Shown: positions 1-14,021 of the stretch, one piece after another
How positions within the stretch are numbered: position 1 is the first letter of the stretch
Layout of the letters: each line of letters opens with the position of its first letter
Source: Laetmonice hystrix
Taxonomy: Eukaryota
Direction of reading: 5' to 3'
Assembly: GCA_965235115.1 (NCBI GenBank)
Contig: OZ249437.1
Location: 35,030,001-35,094,000, forward strand
DNA: 64,000 bases
Program-made: the position numbers and the translations under genes
Notes under the pieces: model-generated
What the model saw: only the letters and a program-made list of their open reading frames with translations
Told to the model about the DNA's origin: nothing
Databases searched by the model: none

Positions 1-1181
1 GGCCCCATCAGGCGGAATATCACCATCCTTATTTTGTGCTTCTCGTATGGATTCAGAACGCTTCAGGGACATCGTTCCCACAGCTCTGAATGCAAAGTAC
101 GCTGGGTCTTGTAAATTCATTAGTACTTTACAACTAGGGATGGGTTGGCGATCTAAGGTGTTTGGTCTTATACTACAGGGGGCCTAGCCCAAATAGAGAA
201 GACATTTCCCAATTCACAAGTGAGTGAAAAGCAGTTGGTTGTACCATCTCAATAAAAACCTTAACATAAGGATAGCTCTTAACATTATCTAGCATGCAAC
301 GGCTCAATTTACTGCGTGCCGCAGACAAATATTTAAATACAAGAGCGAGGGTAGTGGCACAATTATAGCCAGGAGCGCATTTTGAGGAATCATAAGACCC
401 CCAGATAACATGAATCCCTCCCTAGGTAGGTATATTCTCAGTTAACTATATTTCCTGTCATGAAATCATAGTATAACTGTATATGGTCGTTTGGAAACGC
501 TACCAGTCAAGAGCAGGCAATATGTTAATCGCTTTCAGGTGTACAATTCTGAGAGGTGGAAGCTGGAACAGACAAGGCCAACATCATCGAGATCATCAGA
601 TGCTGGTATGACAAGACGGTCAGTGTAGTTCTGGTGAGTTCATTCACGGTGAGAACATATCACTGATAAACAGATGTTCAGTCAAGTGCTCCGAGAGTAC
701 GAGACGGGAAAGTTGTGTACAAAAAGGTCATGGTTCATTTACTGTGCTGAGAGACATGGTGATGCACTCGCTCAGACTGAGAGTTGATTCGTCTGGTATG
801 ACCTGTCCCATCTTGTTGGAAGAAGTATTTCGTATGTAAAATAATGTATTATCATGAATGTAGCAATCTCAGCAAAGCTGTGTTATATTTCTGCATCACG
901 TCTGCGAGAAAAGTATAGTATTTCTTTTTTGTGATTCAATAATGATGATTATGAGATAAAAAAGGTAACACAATCTAAGTGTTTCAAACGTTTTTACGAA
1001 ATGTCTCTTCAACAATGAGCATGTAACATGCTGGAAAATGATTGTCATGCTACTGGTTTGTATGCAATGTAGGCGATAGAAAGAGAGATAAAGAGATAGA
1101 CAGAGGTGTCGTGTTGTGGTTGGAGAGATGAACGCACGACTTGACTTCAAACGATGTCAGCAACGATGGATTTTCAGGTTA

Positions 1182-1186
<5 letters not shown>

Positions 1187-1256
<70 letters not shown>
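1187..1256. repeat. (GA)n microsatellite
   Basis: Directly visible. Confidence 0.98.
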
Positions 1257-1259
<3 letters not shown>

Positions 1260-1793
1260 CATGAGATGACGTGACGTCAGATGACGTCATTTATTAAGGT
1301 CACCTTGACTGGACTGCCGACTCGACCAGCGTTCCAACGTTGCGCCCGGCAGAGGGCTACGGGCGGAATAGAGCCTCGGTTCTGAAACACCACCATCAAC
1401 TACCGATTGAAACGGAGCTGTGTGAAACCTGACCCTCACTTTGTATAGGGCACGTGCATCAACGAGGTGGACTCAGATCTTACGACATGGGGGCCGAGAT
1501 ATTGAACATATTGAGTCGGAGGAAACACTTTGGTGTTAACGATTTGGAGAGCTCGCGACAGGCCACCTTCTGGACCTTTAAGGCTTACTTGGGTGACAGA
1601 AAACCATAGAAGGTTATCCATTCATCACCCAGGCAATCTCTGAGACCCTTATAACCAAGCCCATACAATATCCCATGATGCTTGTTATCATATTCGTTAT
1701 TATGTAGTGATAAATACACCATATTCGGGGCTTTATGACCCCTTGTGATTGAATACTGTGTTTTAAGGACGACCTCTTTGACAGCCCACTTTA

Positions 1794-1920
1794 TCAGGGG
1801 CCTTTCTTTTGGGGTTCAATGTAGACGATGAACAGCCTGATGTAAGTGCCCCTCCAAGGATGGGGGACTTTTGTCTTTGTGGCTACATTGTGCTCTGGTG
1901 GGTGGTCGATTAAATCTTCC
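1794..1920 (-). CDS. Tentative terminal exon of the same gene (EDLIDHPPEH...HPWRGTYIRLFIVYIEPQKKGP*)
   Basis: Acceptor CTGTCTCAG, phase 2 matches; ends in TGA. Other downstream exon candidates exist (1484-1575, 1286-1417). Confidence 0.35.
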
Positions 1921-2745
1921 CTGAGACAGCTGACTTATGTATGTCTCAAACTTATTAAACAGATCGCCCTCTCTCTCTCTATTAATCTGGTCGGAACACA
2001 CGGGACCGATGGAAACCGAGACTTTTTGTCTTGTAGAGACATCAGTATATCAGAAAGGACGTGGGGGGGGGGGGGTGTCTCGCGTGGGTATTTCGTATCA
2101 GAAGGTTGAAAGCCACCAAAGCACGACTCCACCTTTGTACTTCTGACGGATGACATAAAGGTTACCAGGGAATGTATTTAATGAACGTCATGAGGAATGA
2201 CCTGTAGGTTTTCATGATTACGACACTATGATAATTATTATAGACATGACCAGCATCTTTTTTATCCAATGCCATCCTCAAGAAAACCCAAGGGACAAAA
2301 ACGTTTTCCCGCATATTTTGGAATTGTAATATTTTGTAATCAAGTTGTCGCCATGGAGATGGCTATGGTAGCCAAGATAACGGTAAAATAACCACTTTCC
2401 TCCAACGCCTTTATATCCATCAGGTTTAGCAGAGGTAGGTACGACACAGCCCAACTGATGCACTTTAGTTTATTTGATTTATACTATCCTATCCCATCCC
2501 GGACTTTAAATGAAAACAACCATTATTCACGTAACGTGAATGTATGTGCATGTTCACTTAATGCCACTTAACATCATGATTTTAATATCTTATATTTGGT
2601 AAACTGGCGTTTTGTGTGTCATAGCGACTGATTTACTGAGCCATTATACAATCAAGCGAGGAGGATCAAATTCCCGTACACACATTACGTACGCCATGCA
2701 CGTTCGGTTGATGTACTTCCCTCATTGCCAGCCCTCCTTCCCTAC

Positions 2746-2920
2746 CTCCCGGGTACTGCCCACTGAGGCGGCCACTCTAACGAACCTTGTTTGGCGCTTG
2801 ACCACTGCGTTATAACATTGCCCTTGAGGCCGGCGTGGCTCAGCTCCGCGTCCTCCTGGCTGGTCATCCTGCGGGCACTGCGGTCAAGCGTTGCTCCACG
2901 GTCCGAATAGGGCACCGGAC
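2746..2920 (-). CDS. Exon of the same gene (GPVPYSDRGATLDRS...WAVPG)
   Basis: Acceptor TTGTTACTCCAG, donor GTAGGG, stop-free, phase-compatible with the upstream exon. Confidence 0.6.
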
Positions 2921-2956
2921 CTGGAGTAACAACGCGCTCAATATCCCAAGGCGGCC

Positions 2957-3001
2957 AGTCAGTCAGTCAGTCAGTCAGTTAGTCAGTCAGTCAGTCAGTC
3001 A
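2957..3001. repeat. (AGTC)n microsatellite
   Basis: Directly visible. Confidence 0.95.
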
Positions 3002-4141
3002 GGCCAGCCTTGCTCCCCCAATTTTCCCCCATTCCTCCAACATGCATACAAACAAAGCAATGATTAATTACACTGGATTGGCCCAAAAAGGCGGAGGTCA
3101 AGGGTTATTCCTATCTCCCCCTTCGGTCAGCGGCCAAGAACTGTACGAACCGATATGAAGCAGGGCTGAAGCCGGAAGCAAGCGTTACTTACAAAAGGCA
3201 ACTTGATCTTTATCATGCAAAGCACTGCTGGTTCGTGGCAGGTTCCTTTTAGACGTTAAACACGCAGGTTTCCGGGACAGATAACAACACGTGTTCCGTA
3301 CATAACTAGTTTTGCGGCAAAGGCCAGTGGCTTCTTGATTAAAGCCTTCGGCAGGGCCAAGATAAGAAGGGCTACAAGGTTAAAACGTGGGTTCTTTACA
3401 GTATCTCCTCAGTACAGAGTCTCCAACTTCAGCGAATTTAAACTCAAGGATAGAGTGATCGATGTGGGCCGGTTCTGCCCAAGGAATGTCAATCCGAGGC
3501 GTTCTACATTGTAAATGAATGTCAAGAAAGTAAGTCCACGCTGGAGGACTTCTGCAATTTTCTTCAAATATCCTAAAACATTTAATGGAAACAATAAGAT
3601 CTTTATGTGATATTTGCCTCTAAGAATTGTTGAGGTGTTGAAAGTCAGGAATGTGTATAGACTAACCTTCCACGCAGCGTAGAATACGAGTAATTAGCCT
3701 TCACAGAATTGCATTTGATTACAACGACAAATCGTAAATCTGTATTTTCTTTTTAATCTCGTGATATGTTAGTCGGCTATTGCTGTCGAATTCTGCCATG
3801 TAGCTGAATCATGTTTATGCATGCACTTACTGATTAGGCCTATATGAAGCGAGGCTCCTGTATACATACACCACAGATTGAAACGGGAAAAGGTCTGGAG
3901 AATTATACATAGACACAAGAAAGGAGAAAGAGGGGGCGACAAGTCTAGCCTTAGGAGAAGGTTACACCTGTACGTTACTCAATCAAATCCGAGTCGGTTC
4001 TTGGAGACAACTCCCATGGTTAGACAGGATAGGCGATGGTCAAAATATCGGAATTGGCATCACTTCCTCTTTCTGAATTCTATACCCCTTCCCTCCCCAC
4101 GTCTCCAAGATCCGTCACTCGTCAAGCGCCGCGTGACGTAC

Positions 4142-4378
4142 CAACAGGGCTGCCCAGTTCGCCACGTGATCCGCCTCGTTTTGGGGAATGCCACGTGTGG
4201 TAGTCTTCCTGCGAGCTGGTGCTGGCCGCCGAGTAGGGCCGACCTCGGCCGAGCCGCCGGACTACGTGTTCTTGGTCCTGCTCGTCAGGTCGCGCTGGTC
4301 GCATTTCTAACTCCATCTTGGAGACAGTTGGGAACCCTTGCAGCAGCTCCAGGATCCGCTTCACGTAGCCGATGTAGT
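4142..4378 (-). CDS. Exon of the same gene (YIGYVKRILELLQGFPTVSKMELEMRP...ELGSPV)
   Basis: Acceptor CTCTGGCCTGCAG, donor GTACGT, CpG-rich and stop-free, phase 1 to 1. Confidence 0.65.
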
Positions 4379-5571
4379 CTGCAGGCCAGAGGGGAGATGG
4401 GGGTCATAATCATGCGAGGAATGGAAACTTGAATAAATCAGGGAAATATGGGAATGTCATCTCTAGGCATCATATATAGTGGATATTGCATCGCCTATAT
4501 GCACGAGGCGAAACCGAGTGCATCTAAGGCATAAAACGTCGAAATACAGTCTCGCTTATAATGATCCTTATAATTACACACTTAGTGGACGCCTCAATGC
4601 GCTGTTAGCTCGGCAGCGTTTAATAATATGTAACAAAATGTACTCTGGAGTATAAAGCGTTACCATTATTTTTGTTTCCAGAGGGTGCCAATCATTGCCG
4701 TATCCATCATTTATTTTAAAATCAGACGACATTGAACGTTTCTATAGTCGGTACACATGTTCTTTGATCTTTTTGATCTTTGCAAAATCTGAGCCATGTC
4801 CTTCGGTCACAAGCTTCATTAGGTAGTCACAATACTGAGGAGAAACTAACCTCGTGGAAACAAATGAGGGTTGAGAAGCTCTTTGAAGAAGCGGTCGGCC
4901 ATCGGTTGGCCATCGCTGCTCCCGTAACGAAACCAAAACCTCAGTTGGCGCTGTTCCTGTAGAAAGGTACGGCACACGGAATCTATATTACAGCAGAAAT
5001 AACGACTGCAGTCGATATCCTTCACGCTGTAATATATCTTACGTTAAATTACAACTTAAAATAGACATCAGGCTGGCTAGACCGATAAGTAGATTTTGTG
5101 ATAACAGAGCCCTCAATTCATTCCGTTTTAATGCCGAAGTGAAATAAATGTGGCGTTAATTATTGCTTTAGTTAAGCTGTGAGGGAAAGTCTTACCCTCA
5201 TTGCCTTGCTCTTGGCCTTTGCTCCAATATAACACGTAAAGTTTCGACGAACGTGGCAGTCTCGGTAGTCAGGTCTCTCTGCGGTTGGCCAACAAGTAAA
5301 ATGAATTGTTAAAAATTAGCGACCTTTGGTATTTGAGATAAACTGAGAAAGGTGCCTCCACCAAAAAATTAAGTGAAAGTTTAATCATTTCCAAATAAGA
5401 TGTGTTTTACAGTTGATTTGAAGACGCTGTTTGTAGCGTGTGTGACATATAGCAGGATAGGTCACTTGTGGTATTGGGCACATATTATGTGTTGTGTGAT
5501 GTATTGTATCAGTTATGAGAGAGGTCCATGATAATGTAGGAATGGTTGACACATGTGGCATTCATACGTAC

Positions 5572-5718
5572 CGTTAGCCGCCCGGTTAATGATGATACCC
5601 TGATACCTGCCCCCAGCCACGTAATGCACGGCCCGCCGGTCGAGTTGACCGCTCGGCACCCGTTCTACCTTCAGAACGGTGATTCCCGCTGGCGCTTGTA
5701 GAGGCGTCATCACCACCT
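5572..5718 (-). CDS. Exon of an unrecognised multi-exon gene (VVMTPLQAPAGITVLKVERVPSGQLDRRAVHYVAGGRYQGIIINRAAN)
   Basis: Acceptor CTGTCTCTCCCAG, donor GTACGT, stop-free; its phase-1 end joins the 4142-4378 exon to give N-D-Y. May contain the start ATG (5710). Confidence 0.6.
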
Positions 5719-8390
5719 CTGGGAGAGACAGTGGACCGTTAGAACCAATAACACAGGGTTGGAGGTGGAGTCGTCACCACCTCTGGGAGAGACAGTGGAC
5801 CGTTAGAGAACCAATAACACAGGGTTGGAGGGGGAGTCATCACCACCTCTGGGAGAGACAGTGGACCGTTAGAACCAGTAACACAGGGTTGGGGGAGTCA
5901 TCACCACCTCTGGGAGAGATAGCGGACCGTTAGAACCAGTAACACAGGGTTGGAGGGGGAGTCATCACCACCTCTGGGAGAGACAGTGGACCGTTAGAAC
6001 CAGTAACACAGGGTTGGAGGGGGAGTCATCACCACCTCTGGGAGAGACAGTGGAACGTTAGAACCAGTAACACAGGGTTGGAGGGGGAGTCATCACCACC
6101 TCTGGGAGAGATAGTCCGTTAGAACCAGTAACACAGGGTTGGAGGGAAGTCATCACCACCTCTGGGAGAGACAGTGGACCGTTAGAACCAATAACACAGG
6201 GTTGGAGGGAGAGTCATCACCACCTCTGGGAGAGACAGTGGACGTTAGAACCAATAACACAGGGTTAGGGGGAGTCATCACCACCTCTGGGAGAGACAGT
6301 GGACGTTAGAACCAGTAACACAGGGTTGGGGGAGTCATCACCACCTCTGGGAGAGACAGTGGACCGTTAGAACCAGTAACACAGGGTTGGGGGAGTCATC
6401 ACCACCTCTGGGAGAGACAGTGGACCGTTAGAACCAATAACACAGGGTTGGAGGGGGAGTCATCACCACCTCTGGGAGAGACAGTGGACCGTTAGAACCA
6501 ATAACACAGGGTTGGAGGGGGAGTCATCACCACCTCTGGGAGAGACAGTGGAACGTTAGAACCAATAACACAGGGTTGGGGGAGTCATCACCACCTCTGG
6601 GAGAGATAGTGGACCGTTAGAACCAGTAACACAGGGTTGGGGGAGTCATCACCACCTCTGGGAGAGACAGTGGACCGTTAGAACCAGTAACGCAGGGTTG
6701 GAGGGGGAGTCATCACCACCTCTGGGAGAGATAGCGGACCGTTAGAACCAATAACACAGGGTTGGAGGGGGAGTCACCACCTCTGGGAGAGACAGTGGAC
6801 CGTTAGAACCAATAACACAGGGTTGGGGGAGTCATCACCACCTCTGGGAGAGACAGTGGAACGTTAGAACCAATAACACAGGGTTGGGGGAGTCATCACC
6901 ACCTCTGGGAGAGATAGTGGACCGTTAGAACCAGTAACACAGGGTTGGGGGAGTCATCACCACCTCTGGGAGAGACAGTGGACCGTTAGAACCAGTAACA
7001 CAGGGTTGGAGGGGGAGTCATCACCACCTCTGGGAGAGACAGTGGACCGTTAGAACCAGTAACACAGGGTTGGAGGGAGAGTCATCAGCACCTCTGGGAG
7101 AGATAGTGGACCGTTAGAACCAATAACACAGGGTTGGAGGGGGTCATCACCACCTCTGGGAGAGACAGTGGACCGTTAGAACCAATAACACAGGGTTGGA
7201 GGGGGTCATCACCACCTCTGGGAGAGACAGTGGACCGTTAGAACCAATAACACAGGGTTGGAGGGGGAGTCATCACCACCTCTGGGAGAGACAGTGGACC
7301 GTTAGAACCAATAACACAGGGTTGGAGGGGGAGTCATCACCACCTCTGGGAGAGACAGTGGACCGTTAGAACCAGTAACACAGGGTTGGAGGGAAGTCAT
7401 CACCACCTCTGGGAGAGACAGTGGACCGTTAGAACCAGTAACACAGGGTTGGAGGGAGAGTCATCACCACCTCTGGGAGAGACAGCGGACCGTGAACCAG
7501 TGACACAGGGTTGGGGGAGTCATCACCACCTCTGGGAGAGACAGTGGACCGTTAGAACCAATAACACAGGGTTGGGGGAGTCATCACCACCTCTGGGAGA
7601 GATAGTGGACCGTTAGAACCAGTAACACAGGGTTGGGGGAGTCATCACCACCTCTGGGAGAGACAGTGGACCGTTAGAACCAGTAACACAGGGTTGGGGG
7701 AGTCATCACCACCTCTGGGAGAGATAGTGGACCGTTAGAACCAATAACACAGGGTTGGAGGGGGAGTCATCACCACCTCTGGGAGAGACAGTGGACCGTT
7801 AGAACCAGTAACACAGGGTTGGAGGGGGAGTCATCACCACCTCTGGGAGAGACAGTGGACCGTTAGAACCAGTAACACAGGGTTGGAGGGGGAGTCATCA
7901 CCACCTCTGGGAGAGAGAGTGGACCGTTAGAACCAGTAACACAGGGTTGGAGGGGGAGTCATCACCACCTCTGGGAGAGATAGTGGACCGTTAGAACCAA
8001 TAACACAGGGTTGGAGGGGGAGTCATCACCACCTCTGGGAGAGACAGTGGACCGTTAGAACCAGTAACACAGGGTTGGAGGGGGAGTCATCACCACCTCT
8101 GGGAGAGACAGTGGACCGTTAGAACCAGTAACACAGGGTTGGAGGGGGAGTCATCACCACCTCTGGGAGAGATAGTGGACCGTTAGAACCAATAACACAG
8201 GGTTGGAGGGGGAGTCATCACCACCTCTGGGAGAGACAGTGGACCGTTAGAACCAGTAACACAGGGTTGGAGGGGGAGTCATCACCACCTCTGGGAGAGA
8301 TAGTGGACCGTTAGAACCAGTAACGGGGAGTCATCACCACCTCTGGGAGAGACAGTGGACCGTTAGAACCAGTAACGGGGAGTCATCACC
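5706..8390. repeat. Minisatellite, 60-64 bp unit, about 43 copies
   Basis: Consensus GAGTCATCACCACCTCTGGGAGAGACAGTGGACCGTTAGAACCAGTAACACAGGGTTGGAGGGG; no unique spacers. Confidence 0.98.
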
Positions 8391-11141
8391 AAATCTGGTG
8401 ATTACATCTCGCTTGCAAGATTCATGCTATTTGGGGCACTGTTCTTTCTTTCTTCTTGGACGATGGGTTAAGCTCGTGGTCCCATTAAAGTGGTTATAGT
8501 AAGATTACTGAATCAAATGTAATCATTCGGCATAATCCCCATCAATAAAATAGGGGAAGGAAAGAAAAGAGAGAGAAAACGCCAGAATCCTCTTAGAGAT
8601 ACCATATTACATTTCCAAGATCTTGAAGTCCACAACGACCTCTTGGACTAAGATTCCTTCCAGTCTGAATAAATCGAAACCTTCACGCAAACCTCGCGTT
8701 GTTCGAGTGTACATACTGATTAAATATATCACCAAAGTACCGTCATTCTGGCGCAGTCAGACAATCTATATTTAGGATGTCGCATTCCACGTGTATTATG
8801 ACAGTGCTAACTCCCTACGCCATGCACCTTCTCAGGCCATGCGCCCGTTCATGGACATTGCTGTGTCAGTGCTGTCCTGAAGCGTCCAGGATGGAGACGG
8901 CATGTACGTGATATTGACACGTGCACATAATTGCACGTGCAGCGACCAGCAGCTATTATTACGATAAATGAACACAATGAACCACCAAATCGATCGTATG
9001 CGTTTTCAATGGTAATGTTTTGGTCGGCAGGGTATTCTTTAGTATAGGCAGAGAATCCCAGATATAATATGAAACGGTCAATGCCTATGATACAGTCTAG
9101 ACATATATGTATAACCTAACCTAAAAATCCGACCAAAATGCATGCTGCGGACAGAATAGATGCTTAGAAATTCAAATTGAGCGAAAAAGGACGAAATGAT
9201 TAAAAAAAAGAAAAGGGCTGGTTGCTAAAAGTTACATTGTGCTCTGCTAAAACTAATTGATATACAGATATTGTTTCAGATTAAATAACTATCAAATTAA
9301 TTAATTAGTATATAGATATTGTTTAAGATTAAATAACTATCATGATTTCCTTCAAGAAGTTGCCAATATAGACCTGAAACTCGACTAAAGAACGGCTTTA
9401 CCTTATAAAAATCCTCTTCTCATTCAGGAGCGAGACCTCAAGCCGAATAATTCATGTACAATTCTCTATTATAAAGGATATAAATCAGCTGACAATTACC
9501 AATGATCCTGATAAATTACACCTGATTTGACAGCCGCAATGTACAAAACAGTGGTGCGTCACTTCCGAATGGACAAAAAACTCGAGGTATTGGTCGGTCA
9601 CAGAGGCGTTCACTTTTGGTTTGTTGTTGTAGTTGTTATGATTGTACTGTTGTGAAGTGTTGTTTATGTTCACTTAGCGGAGCAATAAAACTGTTTTTAT
9701 GAAGTCAAAACTCAGAGGGGAGGATGGTATTGTAGGTTACATTTTATTTACATTCTAGCCCGTCGATCCCCAGTAAGAGGACTCTCTACAAAAGTTGAAC
9801 TCTGTCGTGGAGACTACACAATGAAGTTGAATAATTATATCACATGATAATAAACACCTTATAAATCTGTATAAAGTTGTATCATAATCCATATGCGAAG
9901 GATAGAAATTGCTGTTCTGCCTTATTAGGTGGAGACAACATGGCCACTAAGCTGAATCAAAGATACAGCTGGAGCCACCTAAAAAAGCAGACGGATATTC
10001 TCGAGCCAGTCCACCGGAGCGTCTGCAAAGAAGCTTTGCCTCTCTGAATGTCATCATATCTGATCTCTTAAATGTAAACTTGTCCGTTAAGCGTCTTATA
10101 CCTCCCGCACTAAAAACCAGGGACAAAATCCTAACCATTATGCTAGGTAAAAACCCTGGAAAAGCGTAGACGTGTACATGAGTCCTTCAAAGGTCCTCTC
10201 TTCTCGACGATCCACTGAATGGTGAGGCCGGCGTACCTTGGAATGGTTCTTACATAATATGTGGTCATGTGACTTGATCCCTGACTGACCACTAGATGTC
10301 ATGCAATCAGTCATTTAGTGCCATAATTACCAGGCAACCAGGATGCATGACACTGAAACGGTCCACTTTTGGCTTTCTGGCAGTCGGTCTCCCTTGCGAA
10401 CCTGAAGGAGCCTAACATCAGACTCCTGCCCATTCTTCAACCGTCCGTTCACTTCGTGTCGACAGATGTTGAGGACCCAACCTTGATGTTTGCTTGCATT
10501 TATACCCTCCGCGGCGCCTCGTCATTTCCTTTTCTCCATTTCCTGTACCAACTGCGCATGATCTTATGGATAGGAACTAATATGGTGGTCATAGTTCCTG
10601 ATGTAAACATTGAACCCCTTACCTGGATTCAGTAATGAATTTGATAACGAAATGAAGTAAGTTTACAGACTTAATGATTTTACTAATATAACCATCCTCG
10701 TTTAGCTTCATAAATGATCCCGACGTCGTCGTCGAGCTCGTATTTGACCTGTCCACTGACCTAGAAGGCATGTATTTATAACGTTATATTCTACTAATTG
10801 CCAAATGGGGCGTTTGATATCTTTACCGTCCATTCAACCTTCAGCTGGTCTATTGTTGTGACATGTGTAGCGTTTACACGAAGGGTTTTAATAATGCATG
10901 TGACCATCAAGTCAGTCCCACCTGTCTTTTTATACAGTAATAATCTAGATCTATACGAACCAAGGAACGATAGGCCACCGCTGAAACACAATACCACCGG
11001 TCATCTGAACCTAGGTTTCAATGACAAAATAATTCCTAACTATAACCACGGTCATGCATTTGAACCTAGGTTCTGGTATTTGAACCTGTATACCGAACAG
11101 GGGGTACATCAAACCTAGGACACCGGTTTTACAGCCTCAGG

Positions 11142-11288
11142 NNNNNNNNNNNNNNNNNNNNNNNNNNNNNNNNNNNNNNNNNNNNNNNNNNNNNNNNNNN
11201 NNNNNNNNNNNNNNNNNNNNNNNNNNNNNNNNNNNNNNNNNNNNNNNNNNNNNNNNNNNNNNNNNNNNNNNNNNNNNNNNNNNNNNNN
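11142..11288. other. Assembly gap (N run)
   Basis: 147 N. Confidence 1.
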
Positions 11289-13004
11289 CTATACATACAC
11301 TTCACCCCTCGCACCCATCCCACAGTTCAAGGATTTAAAGCTGCAGCTCTCGCCCCCCCCCCCCCCCAATACGGCCCAATGTATAGTCAGTGGGGATCAC
11401 TGGGGGATTTTGACTGTAAAAATCTGTAAGAAAGAAAAGGGAAATCTAAGGGGGGCTGGGCCTCCTAGGACCGTCTGGATCCCCCACTGATAGTGAAAAC
11501 TTATGAACCGGTCATAGTACCCACATAACCTTATAGTGGGTGTTCTTAATCTTGGCGCAGTCCCAAAGAGTTCCAACACACCGATGTGAGTTCACATGTA
11601 CCTGGCCAATGAGAGCATTGGCTGCTGCGACGCTTCCCAAGTGAAATAACGTGTAGACTGCACGTCTTCTAATGAGACAAGGCCGTGTTTGCTTGCACTG
11701 TAACATCCAAATCTCTTCTCTACATTGTGTGCACACAGCTGCAGGGCTTCGTCTATGAGGCTCTACAAGGTAAGGGGGATGAGGGCTTTACCATCCCTGA
11801 GGGCAAAGCTCAGAAACTTAATGCTGTATTACGGAATGTTAGGCCTACTGTCTAGTAGAGTATTTTGTGTGTGTAAAAAGCATACTATTATTATACAGAC
11901 CCATTTAGCAATGACAGTGATCGTGTGGCTTCTTTCTATGGGGGTTTCTAGATTTATTTTAGATTATTTTGTTGTTGATTTCCTTATTACCGTTTCCTGC
12001 TTCTCCTCTGACAACTCACCAAAAGGGATGTAATGAATCTAATTCACAGACTAGAAATTGGCCAGAGGGGGTTGGAGTCTGACCTTGGCCAGACGAGGCC
12101 AAGGTCAGCCCACTAAAAATCCCTGGAGGGGTCGATATGATTTGTCAGACTCCGTACCAGTCGGTCCCAAGATAGTCATCATGTACACGTCCTCCAGTAT
12201 TCATCTTCGCTCAGCTTCGGAACGAGTCTAATGGCGTCCCAAACTAATAATCCGGCACCGACACGACTATATTAGATAGCCGGTATGCTCGCTTCAACCC
12301 TCACCAGAGAACGTATAGATACGTTCTCTGCAAACACCAACACCCACAGACACGTTTGTCAACGAAATCTACCTAATCCTACATATAATCTAGACCCACT
12401 GACCAATGGCATAGCTCTGCGATATAGGAGAAGGCGAGTATATTATAGGTAGGCTACAACGCCCATACACTGCTACAATATTTGAAGCAAAACTGGCCTT
12501 TCGACCCCACTTTATTGTAGGATTATTTTGTGTTTTAGAATCAGTTTGCTAAGAATTTACGAATTTGCTAACCTCAGAAGTGATAAAGTGATTTTTATCT
12601 GGTTTGAACGAGAGAAAACTATCACGGTGGAAAGATACCTGGGCATATTGTACCTAGTATGAGCATAAGTTACTACTGCAGATAAAAGATTTGGTCAGGA
12701 GAGTTGCCCACTTGCTACCCTACTATTATGTCACTGACACTTATCGATCTAGGAATAGATCTATACCTCGATGGAATAGTGGCTTCCATCTGGAAGAAAC
12801 GGTGCCGCGGCACAAAAGGTCAGAATGGTTAGGAGGCTGGTCGATGGGAAATCTTGCACTGATGGCTGGCAAGTTGATATACATGCCCACTAAATCCCTG
12901 ACCATACGAGATCAGGGTCTGTAGGAGTTGGCAAGTAGGGGGATACCTAGGTCTTGGTTCAAACTTGCTTATAATTATTGTGATTATTTTCTCTCTGCCT
13001 CTGT

Positions 13005-13098
13005 ATGCCTGTCTGCCTGCCTGTCTGCCTGCCTGTCTCTGTCTCTGTCTCTGTCTGTCTCTGTCTGTCTCTGTCTGTCTCTGTCTCTCTCTGTCTCT
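13005..13098. repeat. Compound (CTGC/CTGT/CT)n microsatellite
   Basis: Directly visible. Confidence 0.93.
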
Positions 13099-14021
13099 CT
13101 CAGGGCGAGAACAAGTACTCAGTCGGTGAAATCCATTGTGTAGTAATGATGAGATGATAGGAAGAAACCCTATACCGGGACGAACCTCTGCCGTATTCCC
13201 TTTCATTGGGGGGTCAAGATGGTGGGTTGTCATTCTTATCTCTGTTTTGTAAACAGAACCATGTGACATGTGTATGTCATGCGCACACCGGCACTTCCGG
13301 TAGGCGGGAATTCACACCTAAAGTGCTGTTTCTACTGTCCTATACCCTGTGCCTAGCGAGTTGGACAGTACAACATGTATCCGGTGCATCTCGTTGCATA
13401 CTTTCACGCCGTGAAGGACACTCATCCCGTTACGTGTGTTTTATTGGTGCTCGCTCACCTCATCAATTTAAAGGATGGAATCTGATCCAGACGCAATTTG
13501 TCACCAGTTCACACCAGCTAAGTGAAGGGTCGTCCTTGGGGAAAAGGCGATATTTGCGCACTTCTGGCTACTACCAGGACCGATCTAAGGCAATTTTCAA
13601 GTTAATTTTAATTCAACTTTATAAAATTTTAGGATTGAGTTTATCTGTTCTATTAAAATGGATGACATAGTCTGAAGTTCAAATTTGTTAACGTAGCGAA
13701 ACCGGCGAAACCGTAGTTTCCGGTCAAAACCCTGTTGGCCAGTTGCAAGGACATAGTTAGTCTCAAGACTAACCCTCTCTGTGGATTTACACATATATTT
13801 TGAATTCCCAGAAAGTCAGAATTTTCTAGCATTTTCTCATTTTTGGGAGATTGGCCCTTATTTCGCTGGCCAAGCACAACAGAATTCCATTAAACATGAC
13901 TACGAAACGTACCCAACCTTAAATCTACGCTTGATAGTAAGTTAAGCCATTCTTGGGATTAACTTCACAAAATGTTCTTGCAACCGGCCATATGTTTCCT
14001 TTGGAAAACAAGGTTATTATG

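Noticed and set aside
539-633. In-frame TGA (GVQF*EVEAGTDK...) as possible selenocysteine
   Set aside because: Other frames and splice choices avoid the stop, no selenoprotein motif is recognised, and no SECIS was identified.
5706-8390. CRISPR-like array
   Set aside because: Units are contiguous near-identical repeats with no unique spacers, there are no cas genes, and the context is eukaryotic.
9947-10138. C-type-lectin-like phrase TFREAKLLCRRSGGLA
   Set aside because: The rest of the domain (WIG motif, further Cys) was not found; a competing + strand reading is equally plausible.
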